Below, piece after piece: positions 12,309-21,448 of a DNA stretch of 64,000 nucleotides (position 1 is the first letter of the stretch; each line of letters begins with the position of its first letter). The notes beneath the pieces are model-generated. The model was not told the origin of the DNA. It saw only the letters and a program-made list of their open reading frames with translations, and did not search any database. The stretch is from positions 838,816 to 902,815 of the forward strand of contig CAWIAX010000003.1 in the NCBI GenBank assembly GCA_963834305.1. Direction: 5' to 3'. The DNA comes from an uncultured Acidobacteriota bacterium. Lineage in GTDB: Bacteria > Acidobacteriota > Vicinamibacteria > Vicinamibacterales > 2-12-FULL-66-21. The translations under genes were made by a program, and so were the position numbers.

Positions 12309-12752
12309 ATGTCGGCCAGACACGCATTCGTCGTCTTGATGGTGATTCTTGGCGGGGCGGCCGCGGGCGCTCAGCGCCCCGCCGACCCGCAGGCCGAGGT
12401 CCGCGAGGCTGAGCGCGCCTTCGCCAGGACGATGGCCGACCGCGACCACGCGGCGTTCACGCAGTTCCTGGCCGAAGACGCGGTGTTCCTGGGTCCGAAG
12501 GAAGCGTTCCGCGGACGCGCCGGGGTGGCCGCCGGCTGGAAGCCGTTCTTCGACGGACCCGCGGCGCCGTTCGCGTGGGCGCCGGAACGGGTCGAGGTGC
12601 TGCCCTCCGGGAGTCTCGCGATCAGCACCGGCCCGGTGCTGAACCCGAAAGGGGAGCGCATCGGCACGTTCAACTCGACATGGCGCCGCGACCCTGACGG
12701 GAAATGGCGCGTCGTGTTCGACAGCGGCTGCCCGCCATGCGCGTGCAAGTGA
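12309..12752 (+). CDS. Secreted NTF2-like / DUF4440 (SnoaL-like) protein
   Basis: ATG 12309 gives MSARHAFVVLMVILGGAAAGAQ (signal), then AEVREAERAFARTMADRDHAAFTQFLAEDAVF... and the ending WRRDPDGKWRVVFD, typical of the DUF4440 fold. Confidence 0.7.
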   Translation: MSARHAFVVLMVILGGAAAGAQRPADPQAEVREAERAFARTMADRDHAAFTQFLAEDAVFLGPKEAFRGRAGVAAGWKPFFDGPAAPFAWAPERVEVLPSGSLAISTGPVLNPKGERIGTFNSTWRRDPDGKWRVVFDSGCPPCACK

Positions 12753-12774
12753 CCCGCGGCGCTCACTCCCGACC

Positions 12775-14796
12775 GTGCCCAAGAAACTGATCGCCGGACT
12801 CCTGCTCGGGCTTGGCGCCGCCGCCTTCGTCCTGCTGCTCGGATGGACCGGCCTGCTCGAGGTCCAGGAGCTCAGGACCTACGACTGGCGCATCGCGCAG
12901 ACGGCCGATCCTGCATCCGTCAGCCCAGACATCGTGCTCGTCGAGATCACGGACGCCAGCGTCCGCGACCTGGCGCCGATCGTCGGCCGGTGGCCGTGGC
13001 CCCGGGTCACGCTGGGGATGGCCATCGATTTTCTCAACCGCGCGCCGGCGAAGCTGATTGCCGTGGACCTGCTCATCCTCGAAGCGGACAACCGGCTGGC
13101 GTTCCAGTACGGCGACGGCACGATGAGCGGCAAGGAGTCCGATGCCGAGCTCGCCGCGGCGGTCGCGCGGGCCGGCAATGTCGTGATGGTGGCCGACGCG
13201 GTCAACCTCGGAACCGTCGGCCAGGCGGAGGCCCCCCGCGACAGCTGGCCCGCGCCCCCCTACCGTCTGGGGCCGGCAATCGAGCCGCGGCCGCTGCTGA
13301 CGCCGCCGATTGCGGCGCTGACCGCCGCGGCGGCCGGCCTCGGCCACAACCTGCTGCTCCTCGACAGCGACGGGCCGGCGCGCCGGATGCCGCCCTTCAT
13401 CCGCGTCGGCGACAAGTACCTGCCGTCGCTTGGCGTGGCGGCCGCGCTGATGGCGCGGGCCATTCCCCCCGAGGCCGTCCGGCTCGACGGCGAGGCGATC
13501 CTGGCCGGCGATCGCTCGATTCCGCTCGTCCCTACCAAGGTCCCCGATCTCGACAACGCGGCGAAGCGCCACGACCAGCTGACGATGCTGATCAACTACC
13601 GGGCGCCGAAGCTGGTGGACGGCGAACGCTCCTATCCGATGTACGAGATGCGCCACGTGCTCGCCTCGGAAGAGCAGATGAACGACGGGGTGACGCCAAT
13701 CCTGGACCCCGCGGTCTTCAAGGACAAGATCGTGTTCATCGGCCAGGGGTTCTCCGGCCTGGTGGACGTGTTCACGACGCCGTTCGGCGACGTCATGCCG
13801 GGCATCCAGCTGCACGCGTCGATGGCCGACAGCATCCTGTCCAACCGCTTCATCCGTCCGGCTCCCGATCGCGTGCGGTTCTGGACGGTGGTCGGCTTCG
13901 CGCTGCTGGTCGCGCTGATGGCCACCACGCTGCCGTACATCGCCGCCTCGACCGGGGCGCTGCTGATCTCCTCCGGGTGGATCTGGATCAGCCTCACCCT
14001 GTTCCGCGGCGGCCTGTGGCTGAACGTGGTCGAGCCGCTGCTGGCGTGCGGCGTCGCCCTCTTTGCCGGCACCGCCTACCAGTACTTCGTCGAGGGGGCC
14101 GAGAAGCGGGTCGTCAAGAAGCTGTTCGGCCGCTACGTGTCGAAGGACGTCTACCAGCAGCTCCTCACCAACCCGGAGCTGGCCGAGCTCGGCGGCAAGC
14201 GGCGCGAGATGACGGTCCTGTTCTCCGACATCCGCGGCTTCACCAGCGTCACCGAAAAAGGGGACCCCGAGGCGCTCGTCGCGCAGCTCAACGAATATTT
14301 CTCCCGCATGGTCGCGGTGGTCTTCCGCCACCAGGGCACGGTGGACAAATTCGTCGGCGACATGGTGATGGCGCTGTTCGGGGCGCCGCTGGACGATGCC
14401 GACCACGGCGAGCACGCGGTGGCCGCGGCGGTGGACATGGTGAAGGAGCTGGCCGAGCTCAACCGCCAATGGGCCGCCGCCGGGGGCGCCCAGCTCGATA
14501 TCGGCGTCGGGGTGAATTCCGGCGACATGATCGCCGGCAACATCGGCTCCTCCTCGATCATGAGCTACACGGTGATTGGCGACAACGTGAACCTGGGCGC
14601 CCGGCTGGAATCGCTGAACAAGGACTACCACACCCGGATTATCATTAGCGACGCAACCCGGTCGCGTCTCCATGGCAGCTATGACATCCGCCCGCTCGGC
14701 GACGTCGTCGTGAAGGGCAAGACACGTCCGGTCGCGATATTCGAGGTCGTTGTCCCGTCGCCCCTCCAGGCGGCACCCGAGGATGCACCGCTATGA
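12775..14796 (+). CDS. CHASE2-sensor class III adenylate/guanylate cyclase
   Basis: 673 aa. N-terminal TM helix, a large extracytoplasmic region with CHASE2-like pattern (IVLVEITDASV..., NYRAP), and 3 TM helices. Cyclase core: MTVLFSDIRGFTSV, VDKFVGDMVMALFGAP, VNSGDMIAGNIGS, YTVIGDNVNLGARLES. Confidence 0.9.
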   Translation: MPKKLIAGLLLGLGAAAFVLLLGWTGLLEVQELRTYDWRIAQTADPASVSPDIVLVEITDASVRDLAPIVGRWPWPRVTLGMAIDFLNRAPAKLIAVDLLILEADNRLAFQYGDGTMSGKESDAELAAAVARAGNVVMVADAVNLGTVGQAEAPRDSWPAPPYRLGPAIEPRPLLTPPIAALTAAAAGLGHNLLLLDSDGPARRMPPFIRVGDKYLPSLGVAAALMARAIPPEAVRLDGEAILAGDRSIPLVPTKVPDLDNAAKRHDQLTMLINYRAPKLVDGERSYPMYEMRHVLASEEQMNDGVTPILDPAVFKDKIVFIGQGFSGLVDVFTTPFGDVMPGIQLHASMADSILSNRFIRPAPDRVRFWTVVGFALLVALMATTLPYIAASTGALLISSGWIWISLTLFRGGLWLNVVEPLLACGVALFAGTAYQYFVEGAEKRVVKKLFGRYVSKDVYQQLLTNPELAELGGKRREMTVLFSDIRGFTSVTEKGDPEALVAQLNEYFSRMVAVVFRHQGTVDKFVGDMVMALFGAPLDDADHGEHAVAAAVDMVKELAELNRQWAAAGGAQLDIGVGVNSGDMIAGNIGSSSIMSYTVIGDNVNLGARLESLNKDYHTRIIISDATRSRLHGSYDIRPLGDVVVKGKTRPVAIFEVVVPSPLQAAPEDAPL

Positions 14797-15923
14797 GATA
14801 CACCGCACTGGCTGTCGTGTTCCTGTTGTCGGCGAGCCCGGCTGCCGCCCAGTTCGGTCAGCTCGACCGCCTGAAGCGCGGCGCCGATACCGCGAAGAAG
14901 GTCGCCGACATCAACATCAGCGACAAGGACGAACGGGCCATCGGCGAGGCGGTCAGCGCCAAGCTGATCGATGCCTTCGGCATCTACCAGGACAAGGAGG
15001 TGGCGAAATACGTCACCCTGGTCGGCACCGTGCTCGCCCAGGCCAGTTCGCGCCCCGGCCTGGCGTGGACGTTCATCGTGCTCGACAGCGACGGCGTCAA
15101 CGCCTATGCCGCGCCGGGCGGGCTGGTCCACATCACCAAGGGGGCGCTCGGCCTGATCAAGAGCGAGGCGGAGCTCGCCGGGGTGCTGGCGCACGAGCTC
15201 ACCCACATCACCGCGAAGCACACGGTCCGCGCCATCCAGAAGTCCAAGATGGTCGATGCCGGCACCGACGTGGCGGGCTCGCAGGGCGGGCTGGCGGGCA
15301 GCGTCGTGAACCGCCTGGCCGACGCGAGCTACGACATGCTCTTCGAGAACAAGTTCGACCGCGATGACGAGAACGAGGCGGACAAGGTGGGGGCGGCGCT
15401 GGCCAACAAGGCGGGCTACGCGCCATCGGGCCTGAGCGAGTTCCTCAACCACCTGGCGGCGCGCAACAAGGGCACCGTCGAGAACAACGGCCTGTTCGCC
15501 TCGCACCCGGCGGTCAAGGATCGTCTCGAGCGGCTGGCGAAGACCATCCGGGCGGAGAAGCTGACCGCATCGGCCACCGTGCAGCCCCGCTACGCCGGCG
15601 TGATCAAGTTCGACGCCAGGCCGGTGGTCGAGATCACCACGGTCGAGCGCGGCACCCGCGGCGTGGCGGGCGGCGGCTCCACCGCGAAGGCGGAGCCCGC
15701 GAAGGAAGACGAGAAGAAGGACGCGCCGAAGAAGCGGGGCTTCGGCAGCATCGCCAGCAGCCTGTCCGGCGGCAAGCAGGCCGACTCCAGCCAGTCCGAC
15801 ACCTCGGCGGCCGGTCGCATGATCGGGCCCGACAACAAGGCCAAGGGGGGCTCCAACAAGACGCCGGTGCGCGTCTCGGTCTCGGCGGCGGAGATCGCGG
15901 AGTTCAAGAAGGGGATCGCCTAG
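14793..15923 (+). CDS. M48 family zinc metalloprotease, secreted
   Basis: 376 aa. Signal MRYTALAVVFLLSASPAAAQ. HExxH motif in LAHELTHITAKH, with a downstream DENEADKVG. Its ATG overlaps the cyclase stop (ATGA). Confidence 0.85.
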   Translation: MRYTALAVVFLLSASPAAAQFGQLDRLKRGADTAKKVADINISDKDERAIGEAVSAKLIDAFGIYQDKEVAKYVTLVGTVLAQASSRPGLAWTFIVLDSDGVNAYAAPGGLVHITKGALGLIKSEAELAGVLAHELTHITAKHTVRAIQKSKMVDAGTDVAGSQGGLAGSVVNRLADASYDMLFENKFDRDDENEADKVGAALANKAGYAPSGLSEFLNHLAARNKGTVENNGLFASHPAVKDRLERLAKTIRAEKLTASATVQPRYAGVIKFDARPVVEITTVERGTRGVAGGGSTAKAEPAKEDEKKDAPKKRGFGSIASSLSGGKQADSSQSDTSAAGRMIGPDNKAKGGSNKTPVRVSVSAAEIAEFKKGIA

Positions 15924-15960
15924 CCCCGCCGTCGCCAGGCCCGCCCGGCCTTCCGGCAGC

Positions 15961-17421
15961 ATGCCTCACTTTCCCGCGCACATGATCATGGGCGTCGCGG
16001 CTCTGGCCGCGACGCTCTCGGTCTGGGGCCTCACGCTCAACCGCCTCGTCAAGCGGAAGCTCAAGCTCTCCATCTTCCTGCTCGGCGGCTACGTGCTGCT
16101 GCACGTGCTGCTGCTGGTCCGGCCCGACCTCGGCGGGCCGGGGGCGGCGGCAGACTTCGACGCGTCGATCCGGCCGTTCGAACGGCTGGCCCTCACCGCG
16201 GCCATCGCCAACCTGCTGGTCGTCTCGCTGATCAACCCGCTGCGCCGTGACCACGTGCGCGAAGGCTTCCCGGCCATCGTCCAGGATGCCATTTTGATCG
16301 GCACGCTCGTGGTGGTCGGCACCTTCGTCTTCAAGGAACAGCTGCTGACGACGTCGGCGGTCGGCGCGGTGGTGGTGGGGTTCGCGCTCCAGGACACGCT
16401 GGGCAACGCGTTTGCCGGGCTCGCGATCCAGAGCGAGCGGCCGTTCCGGGTCGGGCACTGGATCCGGGTGGGAGACTTCGAGGGGCGCGTTGCCGAGGTG
16501 ACGTGGCGCGCCACGAAGATGCGGACCAAGACCGGCAACTTCATCGTTGTCCCCAACAACATCATCGCCAAGGAGGCGATCACCAACTACTCGGAGCCGG
16601 CCGTGCCGACGCGCCTCGAGATCAACGTCGGGGTGAGCTACGGCGCGGCGCCCGAGGCGGTGAAGGCGGCGATGCACGAGGCGATGCGCCAGGCGCCGTG
16701 CGTGCTCCGGGCGCCGGCACCGGAGGTCCTGCTGATCGGCTTCGGCGGCTCATCGATGGACTACCGCGCGCACTTCTGGATCGACGACTACGAGGAGGAC
16801 GACCGGGCGCGCGACCAGGTGCAGCTGGCGATCCACTACGCGTTCGGCCGGCGCAACATCGAGATCCCGTATCCCATCCAGGTCGAATACTCGCGCGAGT
16901 GGCCGGCGGCCGACGCCGAGGCGATGCAGCGGGAGCGGGAAGAGGCGCTGCGGCTGGTCGACATCTTCGCCAGCCTGACCGGTGAGCAGCGGGCGGTCCT
17001 GGCGCGCGAGACCGTGACCCGGAAGTACGGCGGCGGCGAGGCCGTGGTCAGGGAAGGGGAGCCCGGCGACTCGATGTACGTCGTCTGCTCGGGGAAGGTG
17101 TCGGTGCTGGTGGCTCCCGACCGCCGCGAGGTCGCGACGATGGAAAAAGGCGGCTACTTCGGCGAGATGTCGCTGCTCACGGGTGAGCCGCGCACGGCGA
17201 CGGTCGTGGCGAGCGGCGAAGCGGTGGTGCTCGAGCTGACCGCGGGGCAGTTCCGTGCGCTGGGCAGCGAGAGCCCGGAGACCGTGGAGCAGATCGGCCT
17301 GGCGGCGATCACGCGCCGCGCCGAGCTGGACCGGGTGCGGATGGTGGCGCGGGGCGCCGCGTCAGGCGACGCCCCCGCCAACTTCCTGGCGCGGATGAAG
17401 AAGTTCCTGCGCCTGCGCTAG
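15961..17421 (+). CDS. MscS-family mechanosensitive channel with C-terminal cyclic-nucleotide-binding domain
   Basis: 486 aa. TM helices, then the MscS core GNAFAGLAIQSERPFRVGHWIRVGDFEGRVAEVTWRATKMRTKTGNFIVVPNN. The C-terminal CNB domain carries YFGEMSLLTGEPRTATVVA. Confidence 0.9.
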   Translation: MPHFPAHMIMGVAALAATLSVWGLTLNRLVKRKLKLSIFLLGGYVLLHVLLLVRPDLGGPGAAADFDASIRPFERLALTAAIANLLVVSLINPLRRDHVREGFPAIVQDAILIGTLVVVGTFVFKEQLLTTSAVGAVVVGFALQDTLGNAFAGLAIQSERPFRVGHWIRVGDFEGRVAEVTWRATKMRTKTGNFIVVPNNIIAKEAITNYSEPAVPTRLEINVGVSYGAAPEAVKAAMHEAMRQAPCVLRAPAPEVLLIGFGGSSMDYRAHFWIDDYEEDDRARDQVQLAIHYAFGRRNIEIPYPIQVEYSREWPAADAEAMQREREEALRLVDIFASLTGEQRAVLARETVTRKYGGGEAVVREGEPGDSMYVVCSGKVSVLVAPDRREVATMEKGGYFGEMSLLTGEPRTATVVASGEAVVLELTAGQFRALGSESPETVEQIGLAAITRRAELDRVRMVARGAASGDAPANFLARMKKFLRLR

Positions 17422-18140
17422 TAGCGGTAGCGCCCCTCGTTGAAGCCGCGCTCGTAGCCCTGCTGGAAGCCGCGGCGATAGATATCCTTGTATTGATCGC
17501 GCGGCCCGTAGCGGCTCTCGTAGTGGCGATCGCCCGCGCGATACCACGAGTGCCGGAGGGGATCGAAGCTGCGGTTCCTGCTCGCATCCTCCCGGCCCTT
17601 GTCGTAGCCGTCGCGCGCGCCATTGTCGAACGCCGGCGACGCATACGAGCCGTAGCCGCCGGAGCTCCCGTAGCCTCCCTGCTGACCATACGGGCCGGGC
17701 CGGCCGTACGGGCCGGTGCCGTAGGGGTCCTGGCGGCCGTAGGAGCCAGGCCGCGCTCCGTTGCGCCCGTACGACGCCATACGGGAGTAGCCGTCGCGGT
17801 AGCCCGTGGCGTAGCCGTCCCTGAAGATCTGCCGGTAGCGCTCGCGATCGCCGAAGCTGCGGTGGTAGCCCTTGTCGCCGCGCTGGAAATCGCGCTCGTC
17901 CTGAAACGCGAAGCGATCGCCGCGGCGGGCATCCTTCTCGCCTTCCTTCGCCCCCTCCTGATAGCCGCGGTCGTAGGCGCGCTGGCGAACTTCGTAATAC
18001 GACACCGGGGCATCGTCGGTCGATCGATAGCCGGCGTTCGCCGACGGCAGCCGCCAGCCCGCGGGTTGGGCGAACGCGGATGCCGGCACCGCCAGAACGG
18101 CGGAGACGGCCAGCGGTACGAACAGGCTCTTGAGTGTCAT
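17418..18140 (-). CDS. Secreted Gly/Tyr/Arg/Asp-rich repeat protein (hypothetical)
   Basis: Start chosen at ATG 18140 (MTLKSLFVPLAVSAVLAVPASAFA signal). The mature part repeats the motif [RD]xGYxxGxxxG, e.g. YDRGYQEGAKEG, FRDGYATGYRDGY, ARDGYDKGRED, YRRGFQQGYERGFNEG. Its stop shares CTAG with the convergent MscS stop. Confidence 0.6.
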   Translation of the reverse strand: MTLKSLFVPLAVSAVLAVPASAFAQPAGWRLPSANAGYRSTDDAPVSYYEVRQRAYDRGYQEGAKEGEKDARRGDRFAFQDERDFQRGDKGYHRSFGDRERYRQIFRDGYATGYRDGYSRMASYGRNGARPGSYGRQDPYGTGPYGRPGPYGQQGGYGSSGGYGSYASPAFDNGARDGYDKGREDASRNRSFDPLRHSWYRAGDRHYESRYGPRDQYKDIYRRGFQQGYERGFNEGRYRY

Positions 18141-18330
18141 GGCGATTCCTCCCGGGACGATGGCCGGCCGTCGCGACGGACGCGGGCAGCTGACCGTTGA
18201 ACCGTCAAGGGGCAAGAACCGAGCCGCGCGGAAACTGGCGGAATCCTGGCTGTTCAGGCCAGGCGCCGCGCGCGGGCGTCGCGGTGAGAGGACAGTAGCT
18301 GTCCTCCGCAGTGGGAATTCGAGGGGGAGG

Positions 18331-18861
18331 CTATCTGGACCAGACGAGCACGCGTTCGCCGTCCGTGGCTTTGTGGTCCACGATGAGCGCGGGGCCGAGG
18401 CGCTCGAGATCGTCGACCGTCAGCCTGAGATCCTCGAGATCCATGCGATTGCCGTTCAGGTCGATGGTGGCGTTCCCGGCTTTCATCTTGAGCAGCCAGA
18501 AGGGCAGGCTGAACCGGACGATCCGGCCGTCGGACGGATCGAAGGCGAGGATGTTGAGCTGGTCTGGAGTGATCTCGTGGGCGGCTGCCGGGCGATCGGT
18601 GTGCGCCTTCATGAAGCCGCCGTCGCGGTTCAGCTCGATGATCGGCTTCTGGTTGGTGAAGCTCGTCTTCACCGCCTCGAACTCCTGCGCCGCCGCCGCC
18701 GGCGTGATCCGCTTGGTTTCGATGTGCTGCGAAACGAAATAGAAGCCGACACCCGCTGCGGCAACGAGGCCGAGGACCACGATCACCGCGATCCCGACAA
18801 TCACCCAGATCCAGGTCTTGACCTTACCGGCCACGCGCGCTCCGGATGAGCCCGCGCGCAT
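18331..18861 (-). CDS. Hypothetical single-pass membrane protein
   Basis: Part of track ORF 18331-18975. TM anchor TWIWVIVGIAVIVVLGLVAAAGVGFYFV, followed by a soluble domain. The start is ATG 18861 or GTG 18834, and either overlaps the end of the upstream gene. Confidence 0.55.
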   Translation of the reverse strand: MRAGSSGARVAGKVKTWIWVIVGIAVIVVLGLVAAAGVGFYFVSQHIETKRITPAAAAQEFEAVKTSFTNQKPIIELNRDGGFMKAHTDRPAAAHEITPDQLNILAFDPSDGRIVRFSLPFWLLKMKAGNATIDLNGNRMDLEDLRLTVDDLERLGPALIVDHKATDGERVLVWSR

Positions 18862-20032
18862 CGTTGACGCACGCGGGGTCGCTGCCCTGGCCGCACAGCA
18901 CCTCGGCCTGCGAGGCGAAGGCGCGGGCGCCCGCCGTGTCGCCGCCGCGCATGGCGAGGCGGGCGAGCTCGGCATGCGCCCGGCCGCGGACCCAGTCCTG
19001 CGCGTCGGCTCCCCGTGCCGCGTCGAGATCGGCGCGGGCCGCGTCGATCTGGCCGAGCGCCGCGCGCGCGGCGCCGCGCTTGTAGCGCCACAGCGCCGCT
19101 TCGCCGGGAATGAGCGCGCGTTTCTCGGCCGCCACCGCCGCCAGCCCCTCGGTCAGCAGCCGGTCGGCGCGTGCGGCCTGGCCGGCGCGCAGGGCGGTGG
19201 CGCCTGTCTCGAGCACGATCAGGCGATTGCGCGGATACATCTGTTTGAGCTCTCCCAGCGCCGTGATCGCCTCGTCGTACTGGCGCTCCCGGTTATGAAG
19301 TAAGACGAGAGCGAACAGGGCATCGGTTCGGGATTCGCCGCCAGCCGCCGCCGTTTCCCGGAGCATCTGGATGCCGCGCTCCCGCCCGCCGCCGAAGCCG
19401 ACGATGTACGCCATCATGCGCAGCGGCAGAGAGAGGGTGGAGACGACGTAGCGATAGGTGCCGACGACCAGGCCGGCGTCCTTGCGGGTGGCGTCGAGTT
19501 CGAGCACCCGCTCGTGCTCGTCGTAGGCGCGCCGCGCCGCCCTGAATCCCGCCAGCATCTTTCCCTGCACGGTCGCGATGTGGGAGGCTTCGAGCCCGAT
19601 CGCCGCGCCGAGATCGTAGTGGGCCTGCGGGTCCCGGGGGGCGGCCGCGCAGCGGGCCTCGGCGAGCGCGACGGCCCTGGCCACGTGCCGGCGGAACTCC
19701 GCGTCGAGCGCCGCGGGGGGCTGGCGGAGCTCGACCTGGGTGCGGCTGAACGATCCCAGATAGTGGTCGACGGTGACGGCGCCGCGCTGGAACAGCATGT
19801 TCAGCCACAGCACCGACGCAAGCGCGCGGTGCGCCGCAGGATCGTCGGGCTGGGCTTCGACCGCGCGCCTCAGCAGGCTGACGGCCTCGTCGTGGTCCAG
19901 GTTGTAGGCCAGCGCGAACGCCTGGCGCCTGAGTGCCGCGGCGTCGTTGGAGCCGGCTACGCTCGAGCTGGTGGGAGCCGTCGCGAGGAGCAATCCGAGA
20001 ACCGCGATGCGAACTGGCCGGCGCCGGTTCAT
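18824..20032 (-). CDS. Secreted TPR-like hypothetical protein
   Basis: Start chosen at ATG 20032 (MNRRRPVRIAVLGLLLATAPTSSS signal) inside track ORF 18824-20305. The protein is helical-repeat-like and A/R/L-rich (AVSLLRRAVEAQPDDPAAHRALASVLW). Confidence 0.65.
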   Translation of the reverse strand: MNRRRPVRIAVLGLLLATAPTSSSVAGSNDAAALRRQAFALAYNLDHDEAVSLLRRAVEAQPDDPAAHRALASVLWLNMLFQRGAVTVDHYLGSFSRTQVELRQPPAALDAEFRRHVARAVALAEARCAAAPRDPQAHYDLGAAIGLEASHIATVQGKMLAGFRAARRAYDEHERVLELDATRKDAGLVVGTYRYVVSTLSLPLRMMAYIVGFGGGRERGIQMLRETAAAGGESRTDALFALVLLHNRERQYDEAITALGELKQMYPRNRLIVLETGATALRAGQAARADRLLTEGLAAVAAEKRALIPGEAALWRYKRGAARAALGQIDAARADLDAARGADAQDWVRGRAHAELARLAMRGGDTAGARAFASQAEVLCGQGSDPACVNDARGLIRSARGR

Positions 20033-20095
20033 GTCATTATGATAGCTCTGCAGCGCTGCGCTGTATTTGCAAGCTGATATTGCAGGAGGAGCTAG

Positions 20096-20428
20096 ATGCC
20101 CCGTGGGCGACCGAGAAAGAAAAAGGATGACGTGTTGCTGAAGTCCGCCGAGCTGTTGGGCTGGGCGCTTGGAGGGCTGGAGCGGGAGATCGCCCAGACC
20201 CGGGAACGGCTGACAGCGCTGACGGCGGAAGCGGGCAGACTGCGCAACCGGCTCGGGAGCGCCGTCGCTTCGGGCAGCAGGAAAGCGGAAACCGCCACGA
20301 CACAAGGCGTGGCAGCGCTCAAGAGCGTGAAGCGGCGACGCAACATGTCGCCCGAGGGTCGGAAGAAGATCTCGGACATGATGAAGAAGCGGTGGGCCGA
20401 CCGCCGCAAGAAGATGGCGAAGGCCTAA
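20096..20428 (+). CDS. Small basic protein with N-terminal AT-hook-like motif (hypothetical)
   Basis: 110 aa. AGGAGGAG Shine-Dalgarno before the ATG. It begins MPRGRPRKKK (RGRP core of the AT-hook), has a central coiled-coil-like segment, and ends with a basic tail SPEGRKKISDMMKKRWADRRKK. Confidence 0.55.
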   Translation: MPRGRPRKKKDDVLLKSAELLGWALGGLEREIAQTRERLTALTAEAGRLRNRLGSAVASGSRKAETATTQGVAALKSVKRRRNMSPEGRKKISDMMKKRWADRRKKMAKA

Positions 20429-21405
20429 ACTACCAGCTCGTTCCCCAGGCCGCGCGCCGCTGCCCGAGTCCAGGCCAGGTGCGCGGCCGCCACATCCTCG
20501 ACCGCCATCCCGAGCGACTTGAAGATCGTCACCTCGCGGTAGTTCGCCCGGCCGCCGACCGTCCCCGCCAGCAGTTCGCCGAGCTCCCCGGCCAGGTGTT
20601 CGGGGGTGATGGCGCCTTCCCCGATCGCCAGCACGATGTCCCCCGCCTCGGCCAGGGCGCCCTCGCGCGAATCGACGAAGACCCGCGACCGCGCGACGAG
20701 CGCGGCATCCATCTCGCGGTGCGCCGGCCGGCAGGCCCCGACGGCGCAGATGTGCGCGCCGTCGGCCACCCAGTCGCTCGCGATCACCGGGGTCGGCGAC
20801 GCGGTGGCCAGCACGATCAGGTCGGCGCCGTGCACGGCCTCGTGCGCCGAGGCGGCGGCCGTCATGTGCCCGCTCACCGCCGGTCGATGCGCCGCGACGA
20901 ACGCCACGCGATGCGCCTCGGTGGGGCTCCAGACCCGGACGTCCTGGAGCCGGCGCACGCGCGACAGCGCCTCGAGATGGCTGCCCGCCTGCACGCCGGT
21001 GCCGAGCATCGCCAGGGCCGAGGCGCGTGGATGGGCGAGCAGGTCGGCTGAGACGGCGGACACCGCGGCGGTGCGTGCCTCGGTGATGTAGCGGCCGTCC
21101 ACGATCGCCCGCAGCGCACCGGTCTCCGGATCGAGCAGCACGATGGTCGCGAGGTGGGACGGCAGGTTGCGGGCGCGGTTGCCGGCGAACACGGTGACCA
21201 GCTTGGTGCCGACGGCGGCGGGCTCGCCAATCGCCGCCGGCATCACGCCGAAGTAGGCCTTCTCTTCCCCGATCTCGAGCACCGTCCGCAACGGCTGCTG
21301 CACGGCGCCGGACGAATAGCCCGCCAGCGCGCTACGCATGGCCGCGATCAGGTCGTCCATCGGCAGGACCTGCCGCACGACGGCTTCGGTCAACACCAGG
21401 GGCAT
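20425..21405 (-). CDS. Ornithine cyclodeaminase / mu-crystallin family NAD(P)-dependent enzyme (possible delta1-pyrroline-2-carboxylate reductase)
   Basis: Start at ATG 21405 (MPLVLTEAVVRQVLPMDDLIAAMRSAL) inside track ORF 20425-21690. Motifs YITEARTAAVSAV, the Rossmann segment AMLGTGVQAG, and the end TIFKSLGMAVEDVAAA. Confidence 0.85.
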   Translation of the reverse strand: MPLVLTEAVVRQVLPMDDLIAAMRSALAGYSSGAVQQPLRTVLEIGEEKAYFGVMPAAIGEPAAVGTKLVTVFAGNRARNLPSHLATIVLLDPETGALRAIVDGRYITEARTAAVSAVSADLLAHPRASALAMLGTGVQAGSHLEALSRVRRLQDVRVWSPTEAHRVAFVAAHRPAVSGHMTAAASAHEAVHGADLIVLATASPTPVIASDWVADGAHICAVGACRPAHREMDAALVARSRVFVDSREGALAEAGDIVLAIGEGAITPEHLAGELGELLAGTVGGRANYREVTIFKSLGMAVEDVAAAHLAWTRAAARGLGNELVV

Positions 21406-21448
21406 CGGGCCACAGCTTACAATGCCGCCACGGCGGATCGACACGACG

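Noticed and set aside
18244-18306. Two hairpins (CCTGGC/GCCAGG at 18244-18261; perfect 8-bp GAGGACAG/CTGTCCTC with 3-nt loop at 18288-18306) as an intrinsic terminator after the 18331 gene
   Set aside because: Neither hairpin is followed by a U-tract on the relevant (minus) strand. I did not list them as terminators, although they may still stabilise the transcript 3' end.
20055-20075. Sigma54-like element (TGCGCT-N5-TTGCA) upstream of the AT-hook gene
   Set aside because: The -24 GG dinucleotide is missing (GC instead). Only the TTGCA half matches.
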